A stretch of DNA of 63,137 nt, filler included, from Octopus bimaculoides (GCF_001194135.2; 11 parts of 10 records of this genome joined end to end with filler, not necessarily neighbours in it); one strand, 5' to 3'. Shown: positions 1-14,130, counted from the whole stretch's first letter. The notes: generated by a model from the sequence alone, not told the origin. Translations and numbers: made by a program.

Positions 1-134
1 TAAAAACATTTAACTTAATGGTAAACCACTGGTTTCTCAATCAAATACAGAAAAACTGTGAAGTAACCTGCATTCTTTTGTTCATCAGTACACGTATGGT
101 CGAGATACATAAAAATAAACAAGAATCAACTTAC

Positions 135-252
135 CACGATGTAGCCACCACAGAACGATGACTTCTGTTCATAATTATATATCCATGAAAGAGATTTGAA
201 TTTATCCGGTTGCATCTCAGTAACATGTGCTTATACAGAATAATATTCAGCA
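135..252 (-). CDS. Candidate internal exon of a minus-strand gene running off the left edge
   Basis: On the minus strand the acceptor is atatattcag| and the donor is gtg|GTAAGT at 134-129. One frame is open across 118 nt (LNIILYKHMLLRCNRINSNLFHGYIIMNRSHRSVVATS). Alternative acceptors give other open peptides, so the frame is uncertain. Confidence 0.35.
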
Positions 253-584
253 CTGAATATATTCTAATTATTTATAATATAATATAGGATAAATTCTTTA
301 TAAGAATTTATCAAGTAGTCAGCGTGAAAAAACCTCATAATGAAAAAAATAATGAAAAAAATTCATCATTCTTTCATAAATATATAAATAATTTATATAT
401 ATATATATGTATATGTATGTATGTATGTAATCTTTCTGTTAGTATACAGAAGCTAGAAAGTTCACTTACATTCCTACTTGTCAAGCAATTAGCTGTCATG
501 GTGTGTCATCAGCTGAAAAACTTAGCGATATGTTTACGGATTTCCAGCCTATCACTCGTTTTCGTTGCCCTCCAAATTCTTTCC

Positions 585-945
585 TTCTTTTACTTGCTTC
601 AATCATTTCACTGCAGCAATGCTTGAGCACCGCCTTGAAGGGTTTAGTCGAACAAATCGAACACAGGACATATTCCTTAAGCCTAATACTTATTCTATCG
701 GTTACTTTTGCCGAACCGCAAAGTTACGGGGACGTCGACACATCAACGCCGGTTGTCAAGCGGTAATGGACACACACACACACACACACGACGAGCTTTC
801 AGTTTCCCTCTGCCAAATCCACTCACAAGGCTTTGGTCGGCTACAGGCTGTAGTAGATGTTTGCCCAAGATGTCACGCAGTGGGACTGAATCCAGAACCA
901 TGTGGTTGGGAAGCAAGCGTCTTACCACACGTCCACGCCTGTAAC
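585..945 (-). mobile_element. tRNA-derived SINE, family A (internal CA microsatellite)
   Basis: The right end reverse-complements to a degenerate tRNA-like head with A/B-box-like sequence (near gtggtaagacgcttgcttcccaaccacatggttctggattcagtcccactgcgtg). Homologous copies lie at about 20470, 29935, 32450 and 40950. Confidence 0.85.
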
Positions 946-959
946 TATGTTTTGTTTTC

Positions 960-1190
960 TTTCTGGTGCCACGAGACGAGATTTGAACACTGAATAGAAC
1001 TGACAATGGTTGCAAAATATCACACCGACGGTTAATATCTTTTGAATCCACCACCCGGGGTTGTACCTTTTAATGGATCCCGAAAAAAATGAAAGGCGAA
1101 TAAAATTTTGGCCCATTTGAATACAAAGTGAAGAAAACCTGAATAAATACCGTAAGTCATTCTTTCCGATGCATTAATAACTGCTAATAT
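960..1190 (-). mobile_element. tRNA-derived SINE, family B (diverged)
   Basis: Shares degenerate core motifs (gatcccga...gaaaggcgaa...atttgaa...aataccgtaag) with more than ten other copies in the window. Confidence 0.65.
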
Positions 1191-2212
1191 GGCGTAGCTA
1201 TATTTAACTTAAGTCTTTGAAGGCGGTGCACCAATATGGCCGAATGGTAATTAACTGAAATTAGTAAAACTAGAATTTAAAATAATTATCATATGTACAT
1301 GTATATGCTATCGAAATGTTTACATTTGTATGAAAATATACGAAGGCCACACTAATTTTAACTTTGATTTAATTAGAAGGAATTCGAATTCACTGTGATG
1401 GATTACTTATTAACTTTTTAATATAACCGTTGCAGATGCAAATGTATTGGTTCACGTTCGATTAATTTTGCAAAAGCAATTTGAAGGCATTATTATAATA
1501 AAATAATTCATAATTATATATGTAATTAAAATGATTATTTATTATTACGTAATATGGTCTTTCGTTGAGGTATTTGACCCAATATGTTATAATCTATTAT
1601 CTATAGCTGAATTCGTTTCATGATATCATTAATAAAGACCTATATACATATTTCTCGATGCTTCTATATCATTTGCGTTATAAATCGAAATGAGTATTTC
1701 ATTACTTGATACGTGAATTTATTCTTCGCAATATGTTTTATTCATGTATCTCTTTTGTTTTGTACATTCGAGCATTTTCTATGCTTAAAACAAGCGAGAT
1801 AGGGAAGCGCTACATTGTCGATTTTACTGCTCGTAGCAATGAGCAAGCATATTTCAAATAACATCCCACCTTCTTATATAAAATAGAAAAACGCGGAGAT
1901 AATACGATTCTGTGTATTCTTAAGAAAGTGGGTGATAGTGATAGCGGGAACACCTTTAACCATATATGGTTTTGGACTAAACAAGAAAAAACAAATGTTC
2001 GGTTAAAACATTCGCTTCTAAATTACGTGCTTTTGGGTTTGATTCTGGTGCGTTGCACGGTTAGTAAGTTTATTCTACGATGACTGAAAATGTGTAGACA
2101 GAAAATGCAGAAGCCTTTCGGATAGATTGCTTCTATTATTGAGCGGTAGACTTATTCCATATCCCTGTTAAACACTTCTGTCTGTATCTTGTGTACCTTA
2201 GGACTGGATTAC

Positions 2213-2460
2213 CCATGCCTTATGAGTGAAAATGGATAGACAAAAAAACCGATAATAAGGGAGTTTACATATTCGTAGATGATAGAAATAATTCGTTTAA
2301 AACTAAAGTCCAGCTGACCCTTGGATTCCTTTATTGGAAGTCTACTTTTGCTGCAAACATTTGAACCAGATTTCTGGTCTGAATATAAATTTTCCCAACG
2401 CTTTCGGTGGCTGTCGAAAACGTACCGGCTGCCGCTCTTCCTCGGAGTCATGAAATATAT
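2213..2460 (-). CDS. Candidate first exon (5' UTR plus ATGG, or an 80-codon ORF) of a minus-strand gene
   Basis: Unique sequence that is more GC-rich than its flanks. Donor is catgg|GTAATC at 2212-2207. An ETS-like ACTTCCG lies at 2463-2469. ATGs are at 2451 and 2216. Confidence 0.35.
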
Positions 2461-2462
2461 AA

Positions 2463-2470
2463 ACTTCCGT
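2463..2470. promoter_or_regulatory. ETS-like site (CGGAAGT on minus) next to the candidate transcription start
   Basis: acttccg sits directly upstream of the minus-strand candidate first exon. Confidence 0.25.
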
Positions 2471-2935
2471 ATGTCTTATTATTTATGTCTTTAACTACAG
2501 ATAAACATTTACAGGAAAATATATTTAGGCTGCTTTCTTATTAAATTTGATTCAGCACGATTACTAACACCTCATTTATTAAGTACACGGTGATGAATAG
2601 CATAATCAAAATTGACAGGAATTACTATTTCAATCATAAAATTAAAAACCCACTTCATACTGAAATATACAAGTTATGATGTAGAAACTTGCAAAATATA
2701 AATTGAGCTTCAATCTTAAATGTTTAAGTAAATGTCAGAACCAATTATATAATATCTATAGGCCGAATGTCGAGTGCTACTATAGGATAGAAATTATCGA
2801 TTTCCGATGACATTTATTTAACTTCACTTCACCTACTCTCCAAATAATCGTTGAATAATTCGTAACTGTCATAACTTCCTTCTCCAAATCTCTTGGAGAA
2901 AGAGGAAATGGTTGTCCATTCCGAAATGCATTTGA

Positions 2936-2978
<43 letters not shown>

Positions 2979-4865
2979 CACACACACACATACACACGCA
3001 AATACATACACATACATCCAAATACACACACGCACACACACAGACATACCTGCATACTCACATGTACGTGGATTAAATGTCCTTAAATGTATATTTAAAA
3101 GTCTTTATTCTCAGAGATTTATTATATGCGATTATTGTTTCGTCACAATTTGTTACTAACCAAGACTCTTCAACCATGGCCATCCAATCTTTTTTTGAAA
3201 AAGTGTACACCGAATCGTATTATTCAATGTGTCCTTCCCCGTTTTTAAGAAAATAGGATAAGAGTTAAAAGAAATTTAGCAGTTATTTGTTGCTGGCCGA
3301 GCGATCATGTAGAGACCCGCGCATAGCTTCTTAATAAGGACCGCTTAACACTCATAAAACGTGAAGAACATGAAATTCCATATATTTTCTAACCAACAGA
3401 GTCTCATCAAGATTGCTCAAGTTGCTAGAAATAGAAACCAAATCACTAAAGCATGTTGGATAACGCATGAGATTGCAGCATAAAACTCAATTGTTTCTAG
3501 GGAATAAAAATAATGTAAAACTGAAAAAGTTAGCTAACTTTCGGAAAGCAGGTGTTGAGACTGAATATCTAGAGAGCTAACAGTATATAGTGAAACGTTG
3601 GGTAACCTATGAAAAAAGGCAGTTCTTAAGATAAATGTAAAGAAATCATTAGCAGTAATTGTTGATCAGATAGCTTACAGAACTTAGATTTTTCCATAGG
3701 AAGACATAATTAGCGTTAGTTGTAGTTTTAGTGAAGTTGCAATAGTAACAGTAAAAAAGTGCAGAAGTTCGGAGATGCGTTGCATCTTTTGGCTACAAAG
3801 GGTTTGCTGCTCTTGATGTATATAATCCTTTCATGCTGAGCCTTAATGGAGAATAAGAAATGAAAGTAGAAGATCTGCTGAAGCAAGAGAAAAATGAGTT
3901 TAGAGGGAGCTACTGAATATGCAATGATTACTAGCACGAAGAAGAAAAATATATTATATTTCTAAATATTTATCAGAAAATGCAATGCATAGGAAAGAAA
4001 GTTACTCTGAAATATACATTTATCAAGCAATCAATCATCGTGTATAGAGTGACATAATATAAGCTTATATTTTATTCTCCTCTCATACAGAACACAACGA
4101 AGGTTTAAATCACTGCTTATTTTGTTGAGATTTTATGATTATTATTGTCGTTTCCACTCCGCCATGCTAAAAACTACCTTTCCTCCCTCGATATCGAGAA
4201 CGCCTTAGAAATATTAGCCAAATTTCTCATAAATCCTCGCCTACTATCGCGAATAAAGAATGATATATTGGATATTGAAATACAGAAAGTTTAGATGGTC
4301 ATCGATTTGTTAGATCAGATTTGATATGAAACTAAATAACAACATAACTATCAACAACATAATCAGCATCATCAATAGCATCGTCGTCAACATCTTCATC
4401 ATCATTAATGACATCATAATATACAATAGCATCATTATTAAAAACATTAACATCATCATTACCAACATATTATCAACAAAATCATAAAAAATACCGTCAA
4501 CTGCATCATCACCATCAACTAACAATTTTTATTGTTATAGAATTTCCGAGAATCATGATGTTTCTGGAAATATAAAACAAAAGTCCATTTCCAAAGCAAT
4601 TATTTTAAATTCCTGTATTACACAGTTAAAAATTATAAGTAAAAAATCATTTTTGACTCACTTTAAACTATTTATTTCCTTCCTTCTTATTTATCATAGG
4701 TCTTCTTGAACATTTTCCTTCCAGATTTCCGACAAACATCTCTGTCTTCCTATTTTCATACAATACTATAGTTTCGTTTATATGTGAGATTTTTCTCTGC
4801 TCTTTCTCTTTCTCCCTTTCTCTATCTCTCTTTTCCACTGTCTGACTATCTGCCTATTTATCAAT

Positions 4866-4914
<49 letters not shown>

Positions 4915-5740
4915 NNNNNNNNNNNNNNNNNNNNNNNNNNNNNNNNNNNNNNNNNNNNNNNNNNNNNNNNNNNNNNNNNNNNNNNNNNNNNNNNNNNNNN
5001 NNNNNNNNNNNNNNNNNNNNNNNNNNNNNNNNNNNNNNNNNNNNNNNNNNNNNNNNNNNNNNNNNNNNNNNNNNNNNNNNNNNNNNNNNNNNNNNNNNNN
5101 NNNNNNNNNNNNNNNNNNNNNNNNNNNNNNNNNNNNNNNNNNNNNNNNNNNNNNNNNNNNNNNNNNNNNNNNNNNNNNNNNNNNNNNNNNNNNNNNNNNN
5201 NNNNNNNNNNNNNNNNNNNNNNNNNNNNNNNNNNNNNNNNNNNNNNNNNNNNNNNNNNNNNNNNNNNNNNNNNNNNNNNNNNNNNNNNNNNNNNNNNNNN
5301 NNNNNNNNNNNNNNNNNNNNNNNNNNNNNNNNNNNNNNNNNNNNNNNNNNNNNNNNNNNNNNNNNNNNNNNNNNNNNNNNNNNNNNNNNNNNNNNNNNNN
5401 NNNNNNNNNNNNNNNNNNNNNNNNNNNNNNNNNNNNNNNNNNNNNNNNNNNNNNNNNNNNNNNNNNNNNNNNNNNNNNNNNNNNNNNNNNNNNNNNNNNN
5501 NNNNNNNNNNNNNNNNNNNNNNNNNNNNNNNNNNNNNNNNNNNNNNNNNNNNNNNNNNNNNNNNNNNNNNNNNNNNNNNNNNNNNNNNNNNNNNNNNNNN
5601 NNNNNNNNNNNNNNNNNNNNNNNNNNNNNNNNNNNNNNNNNNNNNNNNNNNNNNNNNNNNNNNNNNNNNNNNNNNNNNNNNNNNNNNNNNNNNNNNNNNN
5701 NNNNNNNNNNNNNNNNNNNNNNNNNNNNNNNNNNNNNNNN

Positions 5741-5777
<37 letters not shown>

Positions 5778-6047
5778 GGAACAATCAGTAAGTTGGCATA
5801 ATAATACTCAGAGTTTCAAATACCGGAGCTGAAAGCTTCTAGGTATTTTTCATCAGTTATAAAGACAAGAACGCTATGAAAAACCGTTTAATACAGTGAA
5901 GTTACTCTAATAGGCCTGAAAAACTGAAAGTAAAAGATATAAACTATAAAATATATAAAAAGTTATAAACATACACGCAATCACATATTCATAAAGTTAG
6001 ATATCTTCGTTCATAAAATCTACATACATACACGTACACACACACAC

Positions 6048-6078
<31 letters not shown>

Positions 6079-6824
6079 CATACACACATACATATACANN
6101 NNNNNNNNNNNNNNNNNNNNNNNNNNNNNNNNNNNNNNNNNNNNNNNNNNNNNNNNNNNNNNNNNNNNNNNNNNNNNNNNNNNNNNNNNNNNNNNNNNNN
6201 NNNNNNNNNNNNNNNNNNNNNNNNNNNNNNNNNNNNNNNNNNNNNNNNNNNNNNNNNNNNNNNNNNNNNNNNNNNNNNNNNNNNNNNNNNNNNNNNNNNN
6301 NNNNNNNNNNNNNNNNNNNNNNNNNNNNNNNNNNNNNNNNNNNNNNNNNNNNNNNNNNNNNNNNNNNNNNNNATATGTACACACGTACAGGTATATATTC
6401 ACACACGCCGCAAACATGAATAAACATATACATACATATGTATATCTATCAACACACCTACAACTTTAGATATACAAGCGTATATACATACATATATGTA
6501 TAAAGGAAGGAGATATGTGCATGACAGTCTTATGCAACGGATACAGTCTTACACTCGTATACATGCATACATACATTCGTACACATATATACACATGCAC
6601 ACACATACACATTTTATATAAGCTTAAATATACAAATACTACACGGGTATATAGTCACACAATTGAAAAAGGGTGAAAAAGAAAAAATATATACAAAAAA
6701 TATATATAAAACAATAAAAATATATAAAAAATGTAAAGACATATGAAAGGCTTATACACGGACATAATAAAAAAGCAGGTTCTATCTGTGATTTTTTTTG
6801 TCGTGGGGGCCAAAAACGTAACAA

Positions 6825-7235
6825 TTATTTTGTCATATGTGGACATGATCCAAAAAGTTCAGTTCTTGAATTTAGACATGTAGCGGGATCTAAAGAACTT
6901 TTCCATATGAGCCATTTTTTCATATCGTAAAGACCGCACTTTCCACTGCCGTTGATGTAAGGTTTACACTTGGCCAAGATCTTCCAGTGTATCTTATAGC
7001 TGACACCTTGTTCTTTTAAGGCCCATATATAACTGGATAATTTGGTTGTTGTTCTTTTTTCCCAGTGTATAAATCTTAAGGTGTGATTATTGAACCTAGC
7101 TTTAAAATTTTCCTCTGTGAGACCCACATGTTTCTTTGACGAAACTGTGCCCTTAGCGGTCGTAGAATCTACTGTGGCTTCATAAATGATGGTCTCGGTC
7201 ATGTAAGCTCCATGCAAGGTGTAACCTATAAGATT
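6825..7235 (-). mobile_element. Penelope-like element, GIY-YIG endonuclease 3' end
   Basis: Uninterrupted peptide IIYEATV...KHVGLTEENFKARFNNH...TKLSSYIWALKEQGVSYKIHWKILAKCKPYINGSGKCGL...LNSRTELFGSCPH matches the Penelope GIY-YIG C-terminus. Confidence 0.9.
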
Positions 7236-7894
7236 CACTGGAATATATATATATATATGCACAACATACACACACATATGTTTGTATGTAAGTGTGTGTA
7301 CATATTTACTTTCACACAAACACGCCTACACATACTTTCACTGACATATACTAGATACAAAAACTAATGAGAGAGTCGTTACACAGTCACCCAATAAGTT
7401 TGAAATAACGCCCAAACCTCCATAGAAAATCTGGCTACTACCTTAAATAATGAAAGGACATTTTGGAGAATATGGACGAAGATAACCTTCGCCAGACAGG
7501 ATGGGAATGATTTTAATCTTAAGATGTAATGGAGTACATATTACAAAATGTAGTTACAGTCACAGTGTGTTCGAATAAGACAGGGTTGTCATAGATGGAT
7601 AATGTTTTGATTATATGTAAGCGCAATCAGAAAGGAGCTGTCAAGATTTAAACATGCACGTACACATACATACACACACACACACAAATACACACACACA
7701 TAAATACATACACACACATACACACACACGCACACTCAAAGTGTTAGAAGAAATACTTCATTGACATAGTGAAAATATTACTTTCGGGCAAGGTGATTAG
7801 CAGAGATCCCAATAAAAATAGAAAATAATCAGATATCAGGTAATGAGTGTTTCTAAAATATGCAGGAGACCATCACTTCTAAAAGGGGCTTAGA

Positions 7895-8270
7895 TGATTA
7901 CATACAACCTGGCACTTGGCAGGTAGTTTATTATCGCTCCCAACCTGAAAGGATGAAGGGCAAATTTGACCAAGGCGGGATTTTAAGTCAGAAAGTAAAT
8001 ACCGGAAGATATTTTTCTGACCTTGTAACTATTCTATTAACCCATCTCCCAGCTATAAAACAATATGTGTCTTCTATAGGCAAAAGCCCTGAAATTTTGG
8101 ACGATGGGTTAGTCAATGATCAACTCGTACTTATGTTATTGACCCCGAAAAGATGAACGGCAAAATCGACCTCTGCGGAATTTGAACTCAGACATAAAAC
8201 CAGAAGAAATATCACTAAGCATTTTGTCAGGCCTGCTAACAATTCCGTCAGCTTGTCGTCAATAGAACAA
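7895..8270 (-). mobile_element. SINE family B, two partial copies
   Basis: ttattgaccccgaaaagatgaacggcaaaatcgacctctgcggaatttgaactcaga core plus a more diverged upstream copy. Confidence 0.75.
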
Positions 8271-9036
8271 TACAATGACATAAAAATACAGATAACGTGA
8301 GGAGCAACTTAAAAATAAATCCAAGCTACACAACGACATGAATATATACTTTTCCGGATATGATTATCTTTCTTGTAGTTAGACGTTTGTAAAAATATAT
8401 GGACATTTGATACCTTCATCAGCGCGGGTCTATACCCACACAAATACATATGTGCTGTTGATACTTATACACTTTATGCATTTCTATTTTCTTTGTATGT
8501 ATACATTTATGTACATCTGAATGTATGATAAACAGAAAAAGAAATCAAATGTATCCTGAAAGCACCAACCAATAGAAAATTAAAAAGAAACAAATTAAAA
8601 TGAAGAAGAAAGCAAATAGTATTTTTTTTTAAATGATAATTTATATTTCATTTTAGATATTCCTCTGGAAACATTCAATATCAGTTGAAAAGAAATATCA
8701 AAGATACTATACTGAAAATATAGAAAAAACGATATGTATCATATAACATGCATCAAAATTGAATATAATGAAATAGGAAGATATTAAAAATGAATAATTT
8801 TTATATATATTAACGTTGGAGAAAAGAGAAAAAGTGGAAAGAATATCCAAAGGAATTTATTGTTTGCTTTTATTTTATAGCTTTTGTAAGGAGTATATGT
8901 ATATATACAGAGAGATGTATACCTGTGAGTATGCATGTATATATATATGTATGTGTGTATGCGTGTGTGTATGTATGACTATATATATATTTTTTAATAT
9001 ATATATATATGTATATATATATATATGTATATATGT

Positions 9037-9080
<44 letters not shown>

Positions 9081-9137
9081 GCTTGCGTGCGTGCATGCGT
9101 GCTTGCGTGCATGTAACGCTACAATTTTTAAACGCAG

Positions 9138-9183
9138 ATTCGGTTTTCGAAATACTTCGAACAAAAAGGAAGGGGAAATACAG
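9138..9183 (+). CDS. Weak candidate 46-nt exon
   Basis: tttttaaacgcag| ... atacag|GTAGGA in unique sequence between microsatellites. All three frames are open and no domain is recognisable. Confidence 0.2.
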
Positions 9184-9191
9184 GTAGGAAG

Positions 9192-9229
<38 letters not shown>

Positions 9230-9273
9230 CTCACGCATAGNNNNNNNNNNNNNNNNNNNNNNNNNNNNNNNNN

Positions 9274-9313
<40 letters not shown>

Positions 9314-9376
9314 CATATGTATATATGTACATATTTATATATGTATATACATATATATACATTATGCATATGCATT

Positions 9377-9428
<52 letters not shown>

Positions 9429-9523
9429 AATGCATATGTATAAATGTATATATATGTATGTATATATATTCACCCCCACCCCCACACTCACGCATACGCA
9501 CACATACATGTATACGCACACAT

Positions 9524-9573
<50 letters not shown>

Positions 9574-11126
9574 ATATATGTATGTATGTGTATGTGCGTG
9601 TGTGTGTGTGTGTAAGTGTGAAGAGAGAATGAGAAGAAAAGTGAAAGTTGTTTAAAAGTTTTATGTAAGAAGTCTTTTAAATAGCATAAGTGTAAATATA
9701 ATTCACAAGTAAAATTCGACATTTTTTTGTCTTGTGAAACGTAATAATCCTGACTATGAATAGCAGTTTTTGGAACATGCATATTTATATGCATGTGCAG
9801 TGAACATGCATATTTATAACACTCTTTTTCTCTTTCTCCCTGTTACACAAAAAGCGCACGCACACACATTCACACGCTCACATGTAGACACGTGCTTTCT
9901 CTGTTTTGTGGCTCAAAAATCTAAAAGTGCTCAATAAACTCTTTTGTAAGAAATGTAAGGGGCTATTCGTATATATGATAAACTTGTTCCTGTAAATATC
10001 CGAGCCTATCCGAACTATGATTTCGTTCAATTCTCAAAAGGACTAATAACAGTTTAAGCGTTCACTGGCTCTTTCACATCGTTTCTTTTTATCTGTTCAC
10101 AAGCAAGGTTACTTTTTTCTGTATATTAAACTTCATGAGAAAGTATTAGGCCAATAGGTTAAAGGCGGATGCTATAAAGTTTCTCTGTAAGACAGAACTA
10201 ACAGCAAATCGATTATTTATGAAGTGTTGGTACTTTGTTTAGTATTTCCCTTGTAACGCTAGTGTTGTATCTAAATCTATTTTTATATCCATTGACCTCC
10301 ATATATATTTTAGAAGTGCTGTAGTGTTTTCATGGTGTCGAAAGAGTTTTTATGTTGGAATGCATGACTTTTAAATGAATGATATCTATTTAGCTTGCTT
10401 ATAGAATCCTATATTCAACTAATTACATATAAATTTGTTTCGTTTCGCAATTGGCCTGTTTGAAATACACATGCATCATGACTAGCGAATTTGAAGGCTG
10501 TTAGAAGGTCATAAACTAACATGAATATATCGGTCATACATGTCATTATCCGCATTCCACCCATTATTGAAAATGCTCGATGGTTAAAGAAGATCGATGT
10601 GACTGGGTAGCTTTGATGGAAGTGAAATACGTGAAAAGTAAGGCATGTTCTTGCTTAACGAAATATATATCGCTTTTAAAGCCTAGTATAGTCTATTCAA
10701 GGATAATAAACTTATGAATTTGAATTGCTCGTGTAGGCGTACAAATGACATATCTTGATACTTTAGGACATGAATGCAGTAATCCCTTGCCATATCACGG
10801 TTTATTATTTAAGCTTACGTCGATTCCTCCGTGGTGTTGTCGTGTATTTATAATAAAATATATACAAATTATAAGAATAAAAAAAAATACAGTACAACAC
10901 TGTTTCTACTTTGCGGATTTTCACCTCTCGTGGGTGGGTGAGTGGGTTGGAACGTAACACCCGTGATAATCGAGGGATTACTGTAATTACAATATTCAAC
11001 AAATTTGGTCTAAATGTATCAATTAAAGAAATCCTTAAAATAATAACCTGATGTGACGTTACTTTACGCATAAATTGATATCAAGAAAGTCATCTAATTA
11101 ACCGAATAACAGCCACCCCCATTGTG

Positions 11127-11244
<118 letters not shown>

Positions 11245-12199
11245 CTAATCATCCACTGAAACGCTTTCAGAAATGCATCCAAATGTATCCTAAAGAATAA
11301 GTTTGTTTTCCAGACATCCGACATTTAACGGGGCAATGGAGAGGAAAGAACAGACATTTGATATTTCACGGTGGTGCACCAGCATGACCGCAGCCACTTG
11401 GCTGAAACCCATAAATAAATAAATAAATAAATGATTAAATATCTTTTAATAACTATGAGAAGCAACCAATCTAAAAATACTTGATGAGAAAACGTTATAT
11501 GGTATAATCCATCATACAATAAAATCCATCTTGCAAAGTATTTAATTTCTCTGATCGGAATTATTTGCAGAGTAGGTATATTCTGGCAGCAGACCAATGC
11601 GAACAGCATAAAAGTGAGCCAGAGCTGCCTGAAGTACGCCAAGTGCCATGGTGTGTTACAAAGAGAAAATATAAGAAAATAAAAGGTAAATACCCACCAA
11701 AAGACATTGTATGATCTCAACTTGTAGCACATCGGCATGCTAACTTGTAATTATTGAGCATTTATTCAAACGCTGCGTGCACCAGCTCAACAGCCCATTC
11801 ATCATCGACTCACGAATGACAATAACACTTAAGAAATACATTTGGAGATCAAGAGATAAATGAAAGACCACGAGTATTGCAAGGACAAAACTAGAGGAAG
11901 TGTATAACTATGCCATTCCTATCATCACTACAATAGTTTCTCTTTCCCAGGGCTAGCTCGTTGCGTACCATTCTACCTAATCCATCCGGTACACTCATCT
12001 CTACCCCTCTTATGACTTACAAATCCGGTACTAACGAAGTTCTCTAATCCACAGAACGCCTATCCAAATAAAATGTAAGTGAATTCTCTTCTCTTTAAAG
12101 TTATTTTCTGAAATTGTCGATTCCTGGATGATCAACGTGAACTGTTTAGCGTTCTTTTAATAAGCATAGTCTCGAAATATGGATAACAATGATAAACCT

Positions 12200-12680
12200 C
12201 CAAAGAGGGTAAATGAAAACTTATCGATAGCAGTTGAAAACGTTTCAAAGAAAATGGATCGAATGTTTTCTGAAGACTTTGTCTCTTTCACAGCGACCAC
12301 ATCACGACAGCTCTAAGCAATAGTAAAATTGCAGATTGATTCCAACTAGAATTGAATAAAAAATTAGATACAACGACATCTTGAGATCTATTCGCCGATT
12401 GTCATTAGATAGTACAAGGATCCATGTTTGAAAAGTGAAATTATACGATGAGGAAAGCAGCCAGGAAAATGACTAGACAAGAATAAAAGACTAAGTAATA
12501 TGCCAAGTCCATTGTTGCATCACCAAAAGGTTAGGTGTTACAGTTTTATGATCATATGAAGGCATTGTCCATTTCCTATTTCGGGAACTAGGGAACTAAT
12601 AACAGCATACTGATATTGATAATAAAAATATCGTAAAAAAATATGACTAAAGAAAGAAAAGGAAAACGACACAGAAACAA
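12200..12680 (+). mobile_element. Decayed mariner transposase fragment
   Basis: Frameshifted MPSPLLHHQKVRC...EGIVHF...GTNNS resembles the mariner LHPKKVML..W...GIVH...G.TINS region. Homologous to 18080-18200 on the minus strand. Confidence 0.65.
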
Positions 12681-13070
12681 ATGTAGCCGCTTCAATATAA
12701 AATATATTCACCTAATAGACAATAAAAAGTAATATTCGAGTAGTGTTTAAGGTCACTGTAAATATAGATATTTGAATAAAGTTTCCCAATAATATATATA
12801 TATATATATTCTTATTTGTATTACTGTAATTACTCTTTACATACATACATACATAAATACATACATACATACATACATACATACATACACAGGCACACAT
12901 CGTATATAACAAATAGGCCATTATTTTAGTAATATTACGAAGTTAGTATATTTCTATGTTTATATATATATACACTAATTAAGAAAGATTACAAAAGTAA
13001 TTACATTTTTCAAATTGTATACATACAAATAGCCACGCGTACACATATGTCCGTCTGTATGTATATATGT

Positions 13071-13129
<59 letters not shown>

Positions 13130-13930
13130 CACACATATATGCATATACACATACTAATTATGAAAGATTACTGACATAATTGCATTTTGTTTTTAGATCC
13201 AATTTAAATGTAGCTATAATTGCTCAATTATCGGAAGTATTTGATTCCCTAACAACAATGGTACCATGAACTGATGAACTGAGACTAATTTTCAAGTATG
13301 ATTTCAAATTAAAGAATAATACTCTACATTCTAATGTTAACGTTGAGGTAGTATTTTGTGAGAACTGTAAAACACTACAAAGTGTTCAACGATCGTTTCG
13401 AAGGCCAGCCTGAAAATATGGATAATAATGATGAACATCGACGGAGGCGTCGACACCAATGGAAAACAACACAAAACCAACAATTAGATGAATTACTGAA
13501 GATTTTGACACTTTCACGGCGGTCATATTACTACAGCTACACGTCATACAGTTGACTGATAACTGAAATATATTTACCATTGGTCCTCAGACAACCAGCA
13601 TTAGTCAACGGGCATGGACCAAACATTGTCTGGTGTTATTGCCAGAACCCAATCTTTTCATTTACTGACTCTAACTTTAGAAATTTGAAATTTGATGTCC
13701 TCCATTATCTTCCATATTCATCTGATATGTCAACAGATTATCACCTTTTCAAGTTTGACTCAATAACAGGGAATTAGTGCTTTTACAGATTTTGCAATTG
13801 TTAAATATAGGAGATTTCTATGAACTGACAAATTATCATTAAAGTGTGGTTGGAAAAGTTTATTACTTCAGAAGATCTGTTTTTTTTGATTGAACATTTA
13901 ATGATTTAATTATTTATATAAATTGGTATT
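13130..13930 (+). mobile_element. Decayed, internally deleted mariner element
   Basis: DVLHYLPYSSDMSTDYHLF corresponds to the mariner YSPDLAPSDYHLF motif. The 5' non-coding part (13190-13320) matches 18990-19170 in reverse complement. Confidence 0.75.
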
Positions 13931-13934
13931 TATA

Positions 13935-14130
13935 TAAGACGGTGAATTGGCAGAATCGTTAGCACAGAAGAGAAAATAGCAGAATTTCATTCATCTTTAC
14001 GTTCTGAATTCATTCAAATTCTACCGAATTCGGCTTTGCCTTTTATCATTACGATAAATAAATACCAGTTGAGCATTGGAGTCGATGTATTCGACTATAC
14101 CCCTTCCCCCAAATTTTAGGCCTTGTGGCC
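13935..14130 (+). mobile_element. SINE family B
   Basis: Head ggtgaattggcagaatcgttagc, B-box-like ttcaaattc, tail cccttcccccaaattttaggccttgtg. Another partial + copy lies at about 14365-14500. Confidence 0.75.

Noticed and set aside
585-945. tRNA-like A/B boxes in SINE heads
   Set aside because: No complete cloverleaf; these are SINE promoters, not tRNA genes.
3500-3940. Faint mariner-like similarity
   Set aside because: No diagnostic motif could be read with confidence.
4784-6469. Long ORFs containing X runs (also at 30059-32266, 38631-39314 and 56397-58966)
   Set aside because: Open only because N gaps contain no stop codons.
11590-12075. CCAAT plus CATAAAA and two exon-like + strand segments
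   Set aside because: The boxes are only about 13 bp apart, and all frames of the 11951-12074 segment contain stops. Too weak to call.
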